A stretch of DNA of 64,000 bases from positions 1,674,001 to 1,738,000 of the forward strand of contig ML978121.1 in assembly GCA_010015805.1 (NCBI GenBank), written 5' to 3'. The stretch comes from Rhizodiscina lignyota. Its lineage: Eukaryota. Shown piece after piece: positions 22,744-35,040 of this stretch; position 1 is the first letter of the stretch, and each line of letters starts with the position of its first letter. The position numbers and the translations under genes were made by a program. Under the pieces are notes generated by a model. The model worked only from the letters and a program-made list of their open reading frames with translations. It searched no databases and was not told the DNA's origin.

Positions 22744-25266
22744 ATGTTTTTTGCTCTGGTTGGGCTGCTTTACGCGGCTGTTGTTTACGCCAGCTATGGC
22801 AACAACTTGAACTACCGTTCTCCCTCAAATCACCATGCTTCAATGGGCATTTCGATTCGCAAGATCGTGAAGAGAGGTGACATTGAAGCGCGTGTGAATC
22901 CATCGGACCTCAAGTTCACTCATGGCATTGCCTCTGGCGGTATGTACACTGGCCGTTGAAGCCATCTTTACAGTTACTCACAGCTCGCTAGATCCATATG
23001 CCAACTCTGTCATCCTTTGGACGCGAATTGCACCGGAGGAGGACGATGACAAGTCGAACGTGACGGTGTCGGGCTTTGTGCCCCTGTACAACCACGAAAC
23101 CGAATCATACGTAAAGGCTTCTACCGCGCCCATCTGTGTCAACTGGAAGGTTGGCACGGAAAAGAGCATGGCCGATAGCTGCATTGTCTCTAAGGGTACC
23201 GCCTATACTACCTCCGACATTGACTACACCGTCAAGGTGAGACTTATCGATGTGAATCGAAGCTGGTTGGGAACAACTAACGGCTCTCAATAGGTTGAGG
23301 CTGGCGGACTCAAGCCATTCAGCACGTACTACTATCAATTCGAGGTCTGCAACTCAAACAATAAGTCTCCCGTCGGCAGAACGAAGACTATTCCGTCAAA
23401 GCATGACAAGGCCGCAAATGTCCGCCTGGCCATTTACTCGTGCTCAAATTACCGTAAGGCCATTCTTCAAAGAGAAAATGGTGGAAACTAATAGCTGTAG
23501 CCTTTGGGTTCTTTAATAGCTACGGAAATGTCGCTCGGAAAGTGAGTGCCCTTGTTCGGGGGCGGTACACGGTCAAATGGACCATCGTGCTGCCCCCCAA
23601 CCAAAAAAAAACAATCGTAGTAGCTGACAGGTTTTTGCTCCAGGACTCGGTTGATTATATTGTCCATCTGGGAGATTTCATCTACGAGGTGAGATATCCC
23701 CGTTAGCGCTAAACCTGGCATTCCCGGTACCTTTTTGGGGGTTTCCCGCGCGGACACCCCCCCCCCCCCCAAAGTGGACTTCTGATACCCAAATTCGCCC
23801 CAGAGACCAATTGCTCATTGATTATCAGTACCAAGAGGGGGTGTATGGATGGGGCTGGAGTATTGACCGTATACCGCTCCCGGACAAGGCAATCTACTCG
23901 CTTTACGATTACCGCAAGCGCTATGCCACCTACAAGACTGATCTGGACCTGCTCGAAGTCTCCGCTGCTTTCCCTTGGATTGCGGTGCGTATATCCCAGC
24001 TAATAAAGATGAAATGTGCTGAACGAAGCTAATATATCTCTTGTGTTACAGGTTTGGGACGACCACGAAGTTGCGGATAACACATGGAGGGACGGCGAAG
24101 CAGATCTGAACAACACCGAGCAGTCATTTGTCTTCGATGGCGGTGTAAGCGTGGACCAGCGGAAGATGAACGCGTGAGTTATGAAGTAATCGAAAGCTGG
24201 ATTGCGGAACGCTGACAGTGAAAAGTGTGCGCGCATACTTTGAATGGATGCCCATTCGCCAAGTCGATATGGACGACAACCTCCGAATCTGGCGAACATT
24301 TTCCATCGGCGATCTGTTCGATCTGATCATGCTTGATACTCGTCACTACGATCGGTCTGAATTCCAATTCTCTGAGTCTATGAGGTGACCGGCTGACTGA
24401 GACCCGCAGCTCGATCACTGACTTGTACTGGAACACCGAGTATATCTGGGATATCCATAACGATGCTGGCCGTTCGATGATGGGTAGCCGTCAAGAAAAC
24501 TGGTTTTACGATCAGCTTACTGAGAGTAACAAGCGTGGCGCTCAATGGCGACTCATCGGCTCGCAGATCGTCTTCTCCCGCATGAATGAGAGTTTCTCAT
24601 TCGGCAACGAAGTGCCATTGAACATGGACAGCTGTATGTCCTGTGCAAATTATATTCTCTGATACTCAGAAATCGCTAATATTTATGTTGCAAATAGGGG
24701 ATGGATATATGGCAAACAAGAATAGAACCTTCGACCACCTCTACAAGAACAAAATCGGCAACAACATCCTGCTTTCCGGCGACAGCCATCTCTCGTGGGT
24801 CACTGATCTCGTCTGGAGCGGCGAGAAACCCTACGATTCTGAGACTGGCGAGGGCGCCATCGGTGTGGAGTTCGGCGGCACGGCTATAACATCGCCCTGC
24901 CCATACGGCCAGAACATCACCATCAAGCAAGCGAACAACTTCAGCCACATCTTGACCTCGTCGAACGAGGAGCTGCAGTGGCAAGAGACATATTATCGCG
25001 GCTACTACGAGCTCGATATAAGCTATGAGGAAGTGAAGGCGGAGTACTTCGGCACACCGACTGTCATCACACGCAACCCATACGAGATCAGTCTCGCAAA
25101 TTTCACCGTCAAGAGCGGCGCGAACAAGCTGCAGAGACCAGTTGCAGGCGGCGTGGCGGAGAGCGGCAGCTTGAGATATGGAAAGATTAAACAGACCAAC
25201 ATCACGCATGACACGAGTAAGAACACTTATTTCATCAGCCATGAGAAGCTCGCGGAAGATCTGTAA
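22744..25266 (+). CDS. Secreted alkaline phosphatase D (PhoD-like)
   Basis: Signal peptide, FTHGIASG|DP, ILWTR, DYTVKV, SCSNY, HLGDFIYE, WDDHEVADN, MLDTR, LSGDSH; about 10 introns. Confidence 0.94.
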
Positions 25267-25691
25267 GAACACGCAGCTCCACGAGAAACGGTTACGCTCG
25301 CTATGACAAATTCAAGGGGGAGTTAAGATGCTATGAGGTCATTCAGTGGCGTGCCTGAAAATAGCTGTAAGTTTGTAAATAATTATAATGAGATCATTGC
25401 GGATCCATGCATTTACATAGCATTTTGGTTGCCCCAATTTAAACCTCTACATAGTGATTGCGGCACCGAAATACTAGACAGCCGCACATGCTTCGTTTCC
25501 TTCTTCTCCGTGAGTCATACCGGTCTCACTGCAACTTGGTTGATCGACGATAGTGAATTGCTTATTCGTGCATTATGAGAAACCTGGTATTCTGCACTGG
25601 TCCCGATCAAGGTAAACATAGTGGGCTATTTCTTATAGGCTACGAGCAAAAGGTACATTTGACGAGACCCCCATGAGAACGCTACTATTCG

Positions 25692-27362
25692 CTACACCTC
25701 AGAAAAGTCAATCTCTTCCGTCCGATAGTGCTGATTCATAGCCTCCAGCTCCACCAACTCACGTTCTGCTATCGATTCCGGCCAAACAATCCTCAGCTGT
25801 GGTCGGTCGACACCCATGTTCTCCCAGATGTCGAGAGTCAAGTTGACCAGCTTCACCAATAACAGCCTGAACGTCTGAATCTGATGATCCGGAACAGCAA
25901 AATCCTCTAGTTCGAAGTGCGCCTGAGAACGAACGGTCATTTCCCTGTGCGATCGCAAGCCAGTATCGTCCCATAATGGATCGACTGTCAGATGAGTGAA
26001 TCGCATCATGTGCGCTCTCTCAAATACTTTGTCATTTTCCTCCCACCTTTCTTCCAAATATCTCTTCAGTCGAAAATGGAGCAGACGCTCTCCGTGGGTA
26101 ATCCTCCGTTTCTTGAATAGTCGATAGACCGCGGCGGCCTCATCAAATGAAAGACATTTCCGTGCCAGACTGAAAAGGATCAGTGTATCTACCACGGGCA
26201 TCCTCACGTTGACCTTTCGAAGCGATTCGAGACTGTCATTCCTCAGGCCAGATATGAATTCGTGCAGACAGGATACGCTAGAGAAGCGAAATTCGGGCTG
26301 AACATATATCACTTTAATTGCTTCCTCTCTAACTTGTCGATTGGATGTCAGAAGCGCTGGTATCAGCACTGACCTGCGGTCGTCCTCGATGCCCTCCTCA
26401 TGATCACTCGGAAGCTGCTCGAATGAATCAGGCCTCATCAATGAAGACAGAAGTGAAGGAAATATGCCTCGCACTCTCTTCGGTAAGATCAATCCGGTAA
26501 GTTGGACTATGAACCGACCACAATCTCGCTGTCCCTCAATATGATTGCGGAACGACTCGTCATATGGCAAGATTCGCTGCGGTCGGAGCTGTCCCCAGGC
26601 TCCGCACGCGATTTCGTACACCCTGCTTCGAAGCTCGAGAGGCAGTTTCCAGAAATCGGAAAGTGGCTCGATAGCGTCCACTCGTGCTTTCAAGATTTTC
26701 TTGTCAATGGCAGCGTCAACAAGCAGCTCTGCGTGTGCGGTACCAGCTGGCGTAACCCAAGTAAGCTTCTTTGCGATCTGCTTCGTCCGTCCTTCTTGCG
26801 CCATTTCAAGAGTGGCAAGGAAGTCTTTGAGGGGCTCACGACTAGTTGTGCTTCTGACGAAAATCGTAGCGGGCGCCATATTGTGCCCAAAAGCAGACTC
26901 GAGAGTTACCGGAGCAGGAGTTCGCGGGAGGGGAGACATAAGCTCCAGACGCGCAGTCATTGATTTCGCGGGCTGCGGCTTATACTTGTCCAGAGGTTGA
27001 AAAGTCCAATCTTGAGCGAAGTCGTTGCACTCTGGCTTGACTGGGCCGACTGTAACACGGAAGAAGGATGGATGCACTGGCTGCGGCATCAAATATCGAC
27101 GAATCTCAAAGTAAAATTTCTGATTGACATCGCTCATATGTTCCTCAGGACAGGAGAGGTTCAACGTTTCATCATAGCAACCAGGAGCGTGAAAGAAGTC
27201 GGTGAATTCTCTACGCGCCTTGGCAGTTTCATAGGAGACGTTATGGGAGATGCGATGATTGTTGAGGACATTGCAGTCTCTTGGAATCTGATAACGTGGG
27301 TCCCCTGGTGAAGTCTTCTCAAGGGCGCGGCCAGCTCGTTTATGTCGCCACCTGTCGGACAT
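25692..27362 (-). CDS. Hypothetical protein (556 aa) with F-box-like FWKLPLELRSRVYE segment
   Basis: Long intronless ORF; LPLELR..VY and ALLTSNRQVREEA..VIY motifs typical of a large uncharacterised fungal family. Confidence 0.75.
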   Translation of the reverse strand: MSDRWRHKRAGRALEKTSPGDPRYQIPRDCNVLNNHRISHNVSYETAKARREFTDFFHAPGCYDETLNLSCPEEHMSDVNQKFYFEIRRYLMPQPVHPSFFRVTVGPVKPECNDFAQDWTFQPLDKYKPQPAKSMTARLELMSPLPRTPAPVTLESAFGHNMAPATIFVRSTTSREPLKDFLATLEMAQEGRTKQIAKKLTWVTPAGTAHAELLVDAAIDKKILKARVDAIEPLSDFWKLPLELRSRVYEIACGAWGQLRPQRILPYDESFRNHIEGQRDCGRFIVQLTGLILPKRVRGIFPSLLSSLMRPDSFEQLPSDHEEGIEDDRRSVLIPALLTSNRQVREEAIKVIYVQPEFRFSSVSCLHEFISGLRNDSLESLRKVNVRMPVVDTLILFSLARKCLSFDEAAAVYRLFKKRRITHGERLLHFRLKRYLEERWEENDKVFERAHMMRFTHLTVDPLWDDTGLRSHREMTVRSQAHFELEDFAVPDHQIQTFRLLLVKLVNLTLDIWENMGVDRPQLRIVWPESIAERELVELEAMNQHYRTEEIDFSEV

Positions 27363-27526
27363 GGTGGTTTGCCCAATTGGCGTTGAGCTCCAGTCGCGTG
27401 AACTGAACTGGACGCAGAGGGAAAAGTATAATCGAGAGACTCAGAGAAATTGGAACAACTTAGAGTGCCGATCAAGGCTCCTTGCAAAATTCAAGTTGTT
27501 GAACAAGTTTATGGCGAGGCTGGGCT

Positions 27527-27611
27527 GCACGTGAAGGAGGCAGCAGCTGGAGCGGAGTGGAGTAAGGGAGCAATGCATCCCTGGCATCCCTTAATCCTTA
27601 GCACGTGAAGG
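27527..27611. promoter_or_regulatory. Two identical GCACGTGAAGG E-box sites in a divergent promoter
   Basis: 11-mer at 27527 and 27601, between head-to-head genes starting at 27362(-) and 27877(+). Confidence 0.4.
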
Positions 27612-27876
27612 TGGAGCTGACAGCCGAGGATATTCCAGAAAGTGGGTTAGACTCCCGACTGCTTGGCTCTCCGCGCCCATGCCGAATCGGAAACTCTGGA
27701 TCACAGCCTCATCCACGCTGCGAGTCTCAAATGCATCACCCGCCACCGACCCATTCATATTCATCTCCTGTTCTCCAAAGCCAGTCTTTGTATTAGTAGG
27801 CTCCGCTACCTTACTTTCTTTTCCCTCGTGCTTCTCGATCAATTTTCCGGTCTACTCAGCTTTAGCGTCGGTGGCG

Positions 27877-29884
27877 ATGGACAATGATGTATTTGCGCTG
27901 CCAACCTACGAAGCAGCAAGAAGGCCTGATGCTTGGCCATACATCCTGCCATATCTGCCTCGAAAAGAGCTTGTTGTACTAACGAGAGTCTCGCGCCATC
28001 TACAAGGAAGAGCAGAGGGCTTTCTGTGGAGTGAGCCTCGCCGATTCTGGCCAAGTGATGAAGCGACTCCGTTAGGTACGTCATGCCTTTTTCCAGAGAG
28101 CTTCTTATTTGCCTCGAAACTTATACCGGTCGTAATATTATCATGACTGACATTACGATGAAGAGCATTTTCAGCGATTCTCAAAGGCCGTACACTTTGC
28201 AACTTCATCCTTGAGCATGCCGAATATGTATACGCAGACCTTGGATCTGTCCAACATAGGATCTGAAATATACTACACCGCGCCCCCTCGGGGATGGTTG
28301 TCAACTCTAATGTCTCGTCTTCCAAATCTCCGATCGTTGATTATATCGAATACCGACATCCTCAATCACGAAGCTGTTGGTCATACTGTTGAGGAACATG
28401 AATCTCTTCGACTTCTGACTATCAGAGGCTGCTCAAACCTAACTTCAAGAGCATTAGTCAAGATATTAGGCGCTACGACAAATTTGTATTACTTGGATGT
28501 CTCGAATACCACAGGACTCGGCATTTCCGGCGTTTTCGAGGCAATTTCAGAGCTTCGAAAGCTTGGAATTCTTAGACTCTCTCAACTTGGGCTTAAAGAT
28601 GACGACATCCTTAACTTGACTCGTTTCATACTTGATCTTCGTGCAACATCCACGGCCGTCAGCCCCCAGTGTCTGCAATGTCTGGATCTCAGAGACAATC
28701 GCATAACCGATCGAATCGTTAACAATTTGATACGGCTAGGCGAAGCTCTACCGTCGGTGGAAGAACCTCCTCCCTACAATGCAGATGCTCTTGGTGAAGT
28801 GGAAAGCGGTAAATATGTGCAAGCGCCGGATGGCGGCTGGTCGGCTTTCTTCGAACCAAGGATAATGTCCCGCTCGTCAAACACTGAATTAGTTGACCGT
28901 CAAGAAGACGTAGTCAAACACGTTCGCGATCCTGAATTCAAAAGCCCCGTGGAGTCTGGTGTGCTAGGGCAAGGACTCACGCACGTATATCTATCCGGAA
29001 ACAAGTTCACTGCCTCCGGGATATCAGGCTTGATGAAAAGTCTGCCTTTGCAAGTGCTGGATTGTGGGGATGTCCAAGTCGGAAACAAGACTTCCACGTC
29101 ACTTCAGCAAGATGCGGACCAAGCATTCGCTGTACGCGAAATTTTGGATGCTCTCCCTGTTTGCCCAAGTCTCCGAAGTCTGAGGATAGGCCACCAGATA
29201 GTCACCGGATTTGCAGGCCATGTCAACAAGTCAATCAATGCTGTTGTTAACGGAGCAGATTCCAAGGAGCGCCCTTACCCTTATTCTTGGCTCAGGAATC
29301 AAGGGACACAGTGGGATCCTACAGTCTTACGAAGCCAGCCAGTGAAGATATTCCAATTCAGTCCCGCACTTCTTTCGATTAGCTCGCTTATCCTAACCTC
29401 CGTACCCAACAAGACATCAAACGAGGATATGACGAATTGCCTTCTGGCGTTCCTGGAAGCTAGTGCGGACATGCGACATGTATCTACAGAATACCAACGG
29501 CGCCGAGGGCAGACAAACCGCGATGCGACTGAGACAGAGAAGGTTCCAATCGTTGAGTGCTACTTGCAAGAGCTGCGACTTGAGATGCAATCCCAGAAGA
29601 GTCACAAAGATCAATACGACGAAGACACGCAAGTCTACGATGACGCTAGCCGCAATGATTTCTCCTTCTTCCAGGACGAGAATGACGCATACGTCAGCAC
29701 ACACAAGCACCGTGGGAGTGTTGTTAAGGAGAACGGACACCTCCAGAACATTGACGTGATAGCCACGCTTAGCGGCATTCGACGCAAACAGCGGGAACAG
29801 CTAGCATCGCCTAAGGCGCCTTCATCGGATCAGAACGGCTTCTGGTATGGCAAATTGGTCGTCATTCGGAACGCTACAACATGA
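27877..29884 (+). CDS. Leucine-rich-repeat (RNI-like) protein with F-box-like N-terminus
   Basis: MDNDVFALPTYEAA; LxxLxL repeats (LPNLRSLII, LYYLDVS, LQCLDLRDNRI); intron ~28076-28173; DFSFF motif. Confidence 0.85.
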
Positions 29885-30023
29885 AGTGTCTACCATTGGG
29901 CGGGAGGTTCGTGCTAGGACTATATATTACACTCTTAGAAGAGGCAATGAAACCCGCTTAACGCCTTAACCTTTGGGCGTGAGAATTTCAAGCCCCAGCG
30001 TACCTGTCAATTCGAGAGGAGAT

Positions 30024-31754
30024 TTAGACGGTCACCGATTCAAAGCTCAGGATACCGCCATGCATCGAAGTGGCCGCGGATGATACCGCAGCCGGCGTTG
30101 ATCCTGTCGAGATATCCATCTCAATCGGTTGCGTGTCAGAGGAAGTGTCCGACGAGCTCGCTGTGGTATTGCGCGAGAATAATCGTCGCATTTGGTGTGC
30201 CCAGCTGCGCAAGACCGGCCTTTGCAATGATTGCTGAATATCCTCAAGACTCCTGCCTCGTGTCTCCGGCATCGAAATCCATAGCACAATGACCGTAAAC
30301 AATGAGAGTGCGCCATACAGGAAGTATGCACCGGATGAAGAGTTTGCGAGGAAGATTGGCGTTGCAAATGCAACGAGCCAGTTGGAGAACTAACCAAACA
30401 GTATCAGCATTTTTGAGATTGAATTATTCACCAGGAACTTCGGGGAACCACTTACGAAGTTCAGTCCTTGTGCTGTGCAAATTGCTGCGGCTCTTGTGTT
30501 TGCCGGCTGGATCTCGCAGGCTACAAGCTTGGCTGTAACGTTCCACGTAAAGCAATATGCAAGCGCAAAGGCAAAGATGGAAACAACAACAACCCATCTC
30601 CCAGAGCCATATGCATGCACACTGTCTGAAGCGTACAGCGAGCCAATGAGGAGCATGCTTCCTGACAACATCAGTCCGCCCGAGATGATGGCCGTTCGAC
30701 GGCCCCACCGATCAGCAAAGAGGGTCCCGGGTATCGAGATTGCTAACATCAATATTGCGGATACGCCAGATGCGAGGAATGTGGCTTCTTGCCCAGGAAG
30801 GCCTGCTTGCTTGAAGAGCGTCGGGGCGTAGTAAAGCACGCCGTCAATTCCGCAGAGCTGCACCATGCCGAGCACGAAGAGTGCCATACCAGTCATTCTG
30901 CGATACGGCCTCCGGAAGATGAGTGCAAGGCTTCCCCATAACGACAAGCTCGGTGCGGCTTGCACTTGGGACAATATGTCCTTTTCTGCTTCTGCGCGCG
31001 AGACGCCCAGCTTTTGTAATTCTCGTTCAGCTTCTTCACGCCTGCCCCGTGCCATGAGCCAACGCGGCGATTGCGGCAAGATGTAGCAGACTATGACGAG
31101 AAGCATGGCTGCAGATGCCATGATGATGAACGGCAGACGCCATGCCATGGATCCGTGGATCTTGACGCTACCATAGCATGTGAAGTAACCAAAGCAGATT
31201 GCACTCGAAGTAACCAGTTGCGGGAGTGACACCATGACGCCGCGTGTCTTTGCTGGCGCAATCTCAGAGATGTATCTGACGAACATCAATGCCTGGTCCG
31301 AATTCACAGTACAGGATACTTACACCACTATATTCGAGACCCACATGCCCTGACCGAAGCCGCAAAGCGCCCGCCCAACAAGTAACATCGCCAAGTGGGA
31401 CGCACCAGCTTGCAGCGCAGCGCCGATCGCGAATATGGTGGCTCCCATACTCACCACCTGAAGCCGGCCTAGCTTGTCTGCCATTTGCCCTGCAAAGAAA
31501 GACGGTATAACGCCTGTAAGCATAATCAAGGAGACGGTGAATCCGCGAAGTTGAGGAGAAAGCACGCCAAAGGTCTCAGCGAACTGCTCCATATCCGTTA
31601 CGGCACCAATGGAACCGGTATCGAAGCCATTGAGGAAGCCGCCGAGAGATACTGCGAGCGATGCAAGGAGATAACCAGGTGTATGAGGGAGCCGAACATT
31701 GATACGATGTTGACGAGGAGGCTGAATGGATTGAAGGGCGGTTGGGAGATCCAT
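30024..31754 (-). CDS. MFS sugar porter family transporter
   Basis: GFDTGSIG, DKLGR, YISEIAP..RG, SPRWL, QLCGIDGVLYY, DRWGRR, PETRGRSLE; two introns. Confidence 0.94.
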
Positions 31755-33231
31755 TTTAATCGGATGCCTTTTTGGCGGGTATCAAGTCAACGACGATAAA
31801 TTGTGAGATATTTGCACGACCTCGGCCACAGAGGTAGAGCAGATCGAGAGTGCGAGGAGTTTCAGAGGACGGCCGGCGGTCTTGTCTATATACCACACTT
31901 CACCTATCGTTTCGTCATGCCAAGAAAGTCACGATATAAAAATTCATACGATAGTGCTTCGCATGACTATGCTCCACTCGGAAATTGCATTATGCTCAGA
32001 TGATCTCCCGCTCTGGCGTTTTTTTCCCGCATGAATCTTGATGAGCTCTCAACAACCTGCTTTGAAATGCTCCCAGCTGCGACACAGCCAAGCAGTTCGA
32101 CTGCAGGCTTGTGACTCCGAGCACCGTGGAGGGTGCTTGTCTGGGTTAGTTGGAGGGGCTATCGTGCATTTTGTGGGGATCGGACGACACCCACCCGATG
32201 GTGTGGAGAAGATGATAAAGCAGCTTGCACAAGACTGGAACCCAGCAATTGAGGCTCGGTTTATCGGCAATGTACTAGGGCAAACCAGAATAATATAATT
32301 GGATGTCGGCCGTGCCATATGCTACAGTGCTGCTGTATTTCAGGGCACTTGAATATGATACTCTATACCCTAACCCTAAATTGTCATCCATTATCGCATT
32401 CAACTCCAGATTTACGGAGTTGAGAGATCCTGAAAGTCTAACATGGTGACCTCATTTTCTTTATATTCTGTATCAAGTACGGCATCCCATACTATCTCTC
32501 GTATTGTGCTTAGAAGAGCCATCTAACATGTAGAATGACACCTAAATTTGGAGTTCTACACTGCTGGACAATATTCTTCTATGCCGCTTTTTTGTCAACC
32601 GTTTAGAGACAGTTGCAGATATTATCCTTTGATACATTTCCTATCTGCCTAAGACAACAGGGGTGTGAGAATCATCGTGGAATTCTTTGTTCTATTCCGA
32701 CTCCATCCTGCAAGATAAACACAGCTGCACAGATTGCTCCTGTTTCGATGACACAGGACGAGCTGGGCTCGGGCGCATATGTATATTCCCATACTTTACA
32801 AGACCAAATACAGCCCATCGCCATGATGGACCTCTCCTCTTCCGCTCCAACTCCATACGTCATTTCGTATATCTCAGAGCATTTACCTGTGAAAACCCAA
32901 AGTCTATGTAACAAAGAAATTGTCACCACCTCACAAATCGTCTCTCTTTGTCTCCCTGAACAAGGCCATTGTCCACACCGCACGAAAGACATGTCGAACG
33001 CCACAATCACCATGCTCCCACAACTTTCACGAATGAGAGTGAGATTTAATTCCCTATATGGCACATCTCTCTTTCGTCGTATCATCCAATCTTTCTGGAA
33101 CCGGTTTACAACAGTATCTGTTTGCCTAGACGGTTGCTTTTCAGCAGCTTCAAACGAAAATCATAAACAGCAGCACTACAAAGACACCCATACCGGTAGT
33201 ACCATTTTATCCAATACCATCGTCGATAAAC

Positions 33232-35040
33232 ATGCCTACCCGACGTGCCCCATACAGCTCAAAGCACGCAGAGCACATCCACGAACTATCGACAAATGAA
33301 ATCGGCATACTCTGCCGTCTACTTACCAACGCCCCCTCTCCTCACCTTCCGCCCGACTCCCAACGGCGCACGACATACAACAAGTTTGTAAAAGATGCGA
33401 TCATCGGCCTGCCCGAGCGGCTCATTAGCAACCCGGCCTGGCTTACGCGCAAGATGATCGAGCATGCCTCCGACAATGAACGGGCGAACGCTGGCGAGAT
33501 GTGTCCAGTGCACCTGCGTCTGCGCCCTGAGCTGATCCACAGCATTCTCTACTTCATCGTGAGGGAATGCGATATCAAGATCGAGGCGACGCTGTACCAG
33601 CTCCTTGAGCTTGGCATCGGTCTCAGTAGCGACGAAGACTTTCGTCGCTTGTTACCGTTTGCGGCGCTGGGTTTCGCGTCATCGATGTGGACACCACAAA
33701 AAAGGTGGACAGAGCGCTTTATGGGATGTGTTGTCGATGCGCGATTCCCGCGGCAGCATGATTTCTGCCCCGGTTGTATCCTTGCGAGGATGGGGGCTGA
33801 GACCGACGTGCTAGTTGCGTTAAGAGCTAGCATATTGGTATGGATCAGTAAGAAGCATGCCCCGGAGTCCAGGCGAGTCAAATGGATTGAAATGTGGATG
33901 GCAGGATTTGACAATAAGAAGTACGATGAGATGATGAGAGAGAGTGCAACTCTTGCGAGGTGGATCCGACAGAAAGTGGAGGAAGGCGATGAGAGAGATG
34001 AGAAGAGGAGGATCCATGAGTATGAACCACGCTATCTGATGGCGAACTTGATGCGGACGGTTCAGGGGGAGAAACTCGAGATGAAAATGGCGGCTGAGAG
34101 GAGATTTATCAGCCGTCTCCCTCCAGGGGAGGCGCCTGTGCCCAATGGTCCGGAATACATTGAGGTACGTCGCACCCTTTCCAAGCACACTCCTCGGACT
34201 AACGTGACAGCAGCGGCAGCCAACTCGCTTCCAAGACCGGTACCAAATGGGGGTAGTACACCTAGCCAGAGTCGTTCAACTGTTTTCCTTGATCACGACT
34301 CAGGCCGAGGAGACTTCCACATCCGTCGCCGTGGCGACTCCAACATCACAGTACCCAATGGGAGGAGTACACCCAGCCAGAGTCGTTCGACAGTCTTCCT
34401 TGACCAGGACTCAGGCAGCAGCAACTTCCACGTCCGCCATCGCGGCCACTCCAACATCGCAGATGTCGGGGAAGTCCCAATCATTCCTACCGAAATGGTT
34501 GGGGAGAGCTCTCGCGCATCTCAAATGAGTAACGGCACTGACTACGTTCCTCCGCGAGCTGGTTGGTCTACGATTGACAAGCCGTCGGACTTCGATATGC
34601 CTGCTGTGGAGCACATATCGGACTACGAGCAACCTGCCGCGCGGAACGAGTCAGCAGCAAGCCGAACGACACCTGCCCTTTGGTCGAGCCCGGCTGTGGC
34701 GCCGTCCTCAAGGACGACAACGAGTACGCGGCGGTCACCATCCATGGTGTCATCATGGTCATCCGGGTCTTCTAATGCCACGGTAACGCCCTCTGAAATG
34801 CTTGACCCACACGGATATGATCCGAAGGGAAAGGCCAAAGCGAGGGCGAGAGCGCGCAAGGCACGCTCCATGGCAAAGTCCTACCAGGACCTCATTGGCA
34901 TGACAGAGATGATTTCATCTCAAGAAGCTCTCGGTCCACCGTCAGCGGAGTCGTTTATGGGAGAGAGTAGTTCCACTCCTCGTCGGTCAGCCACGACTAG
35001 TGAACGTCGGAATACGGTTTGGCCCCCTGCTTGGATTTGA
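33232..35040 (+). CDS. Hypothetical protein (602 aa), structured N-terminal half and disordered C-terminal half
   Basis: Long intronless ORF; CPGCILARMG and SRRVKW motifs; Ser/Pro-rich tail. Confidence 0.8.
   Translation: MPTRRAPYSSKHAEHIHELSTNEIGILCRLLTNAPSPHLPPDSQRRTTYNKFVKDAIIGLPERLISNPAWLTRKMIEHASDNERANAGEMCPVHLRLRPELIHSILYFIVRECDIKIEATLYQLLELGIGLSSDEDFRRLLPFAALGFASSMWTPQKRWTERFMGCVVDARFPRQHDFCPGCILARMGAETDVLVALRASILVWISKKHAPESRRVKWIEMWMAGFDNKKYDEMMRESATLARWIRQKVEEGDERDEKRRIHEYEPRYLMANLMRTVQGEKLEMKMAAERRFISRLPPGEAPVPNGPEYIEVRRTLSKHTPRTNVTAAAANSLPRPVPNGGSTPSQSRSTVFLDHDSGRGDFHIRRRGDSNITVPNGRSTPSQSRSTVFLDQDSGSSNFHVRHRGHSNIADVGEVPIIPTEMVGESSRASQMSNGTDYVPPRAGWSTIDKPSDFDMPAVEHISDYEQPAARNESAASRTTPALWSSPAVAPSSRTTTSTRRSPSMVSSWSSGSSNATVTPSEMLDPHGYDPKGKAKARARARKARSMAKSYQDLIGMTEMISSQEALGPPSAESFMGESSSTPRRSATTSERRNTVWPPAWI
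34240..34461 (+). repeat. In-frame 111-bp (37-aa) tandem duplication
   Basis: VPNGGSTPSQSRSTVFLDHDSG... and VPNGRSTPSQSRSTVFLDQDSG... starting at 34240 and 34351. Confidence 0.9.

Noticed and set aside
24676..25272. 198-aa minus-strand ORF
   Set aside because: Antisense to the codon-biased last exon of PhoD
32366..32380. Telomere-like ccctaaccctaa
   Set aside because: Only two units, no associated subtelomeric features; expected by chance
32613..33299. 228-aa ORF upstream of the 602-aa gene
   Set aside because: Non-ATG start, no recognisable motifs, overlaps the start of the next gene; likely promoter/5' UTR
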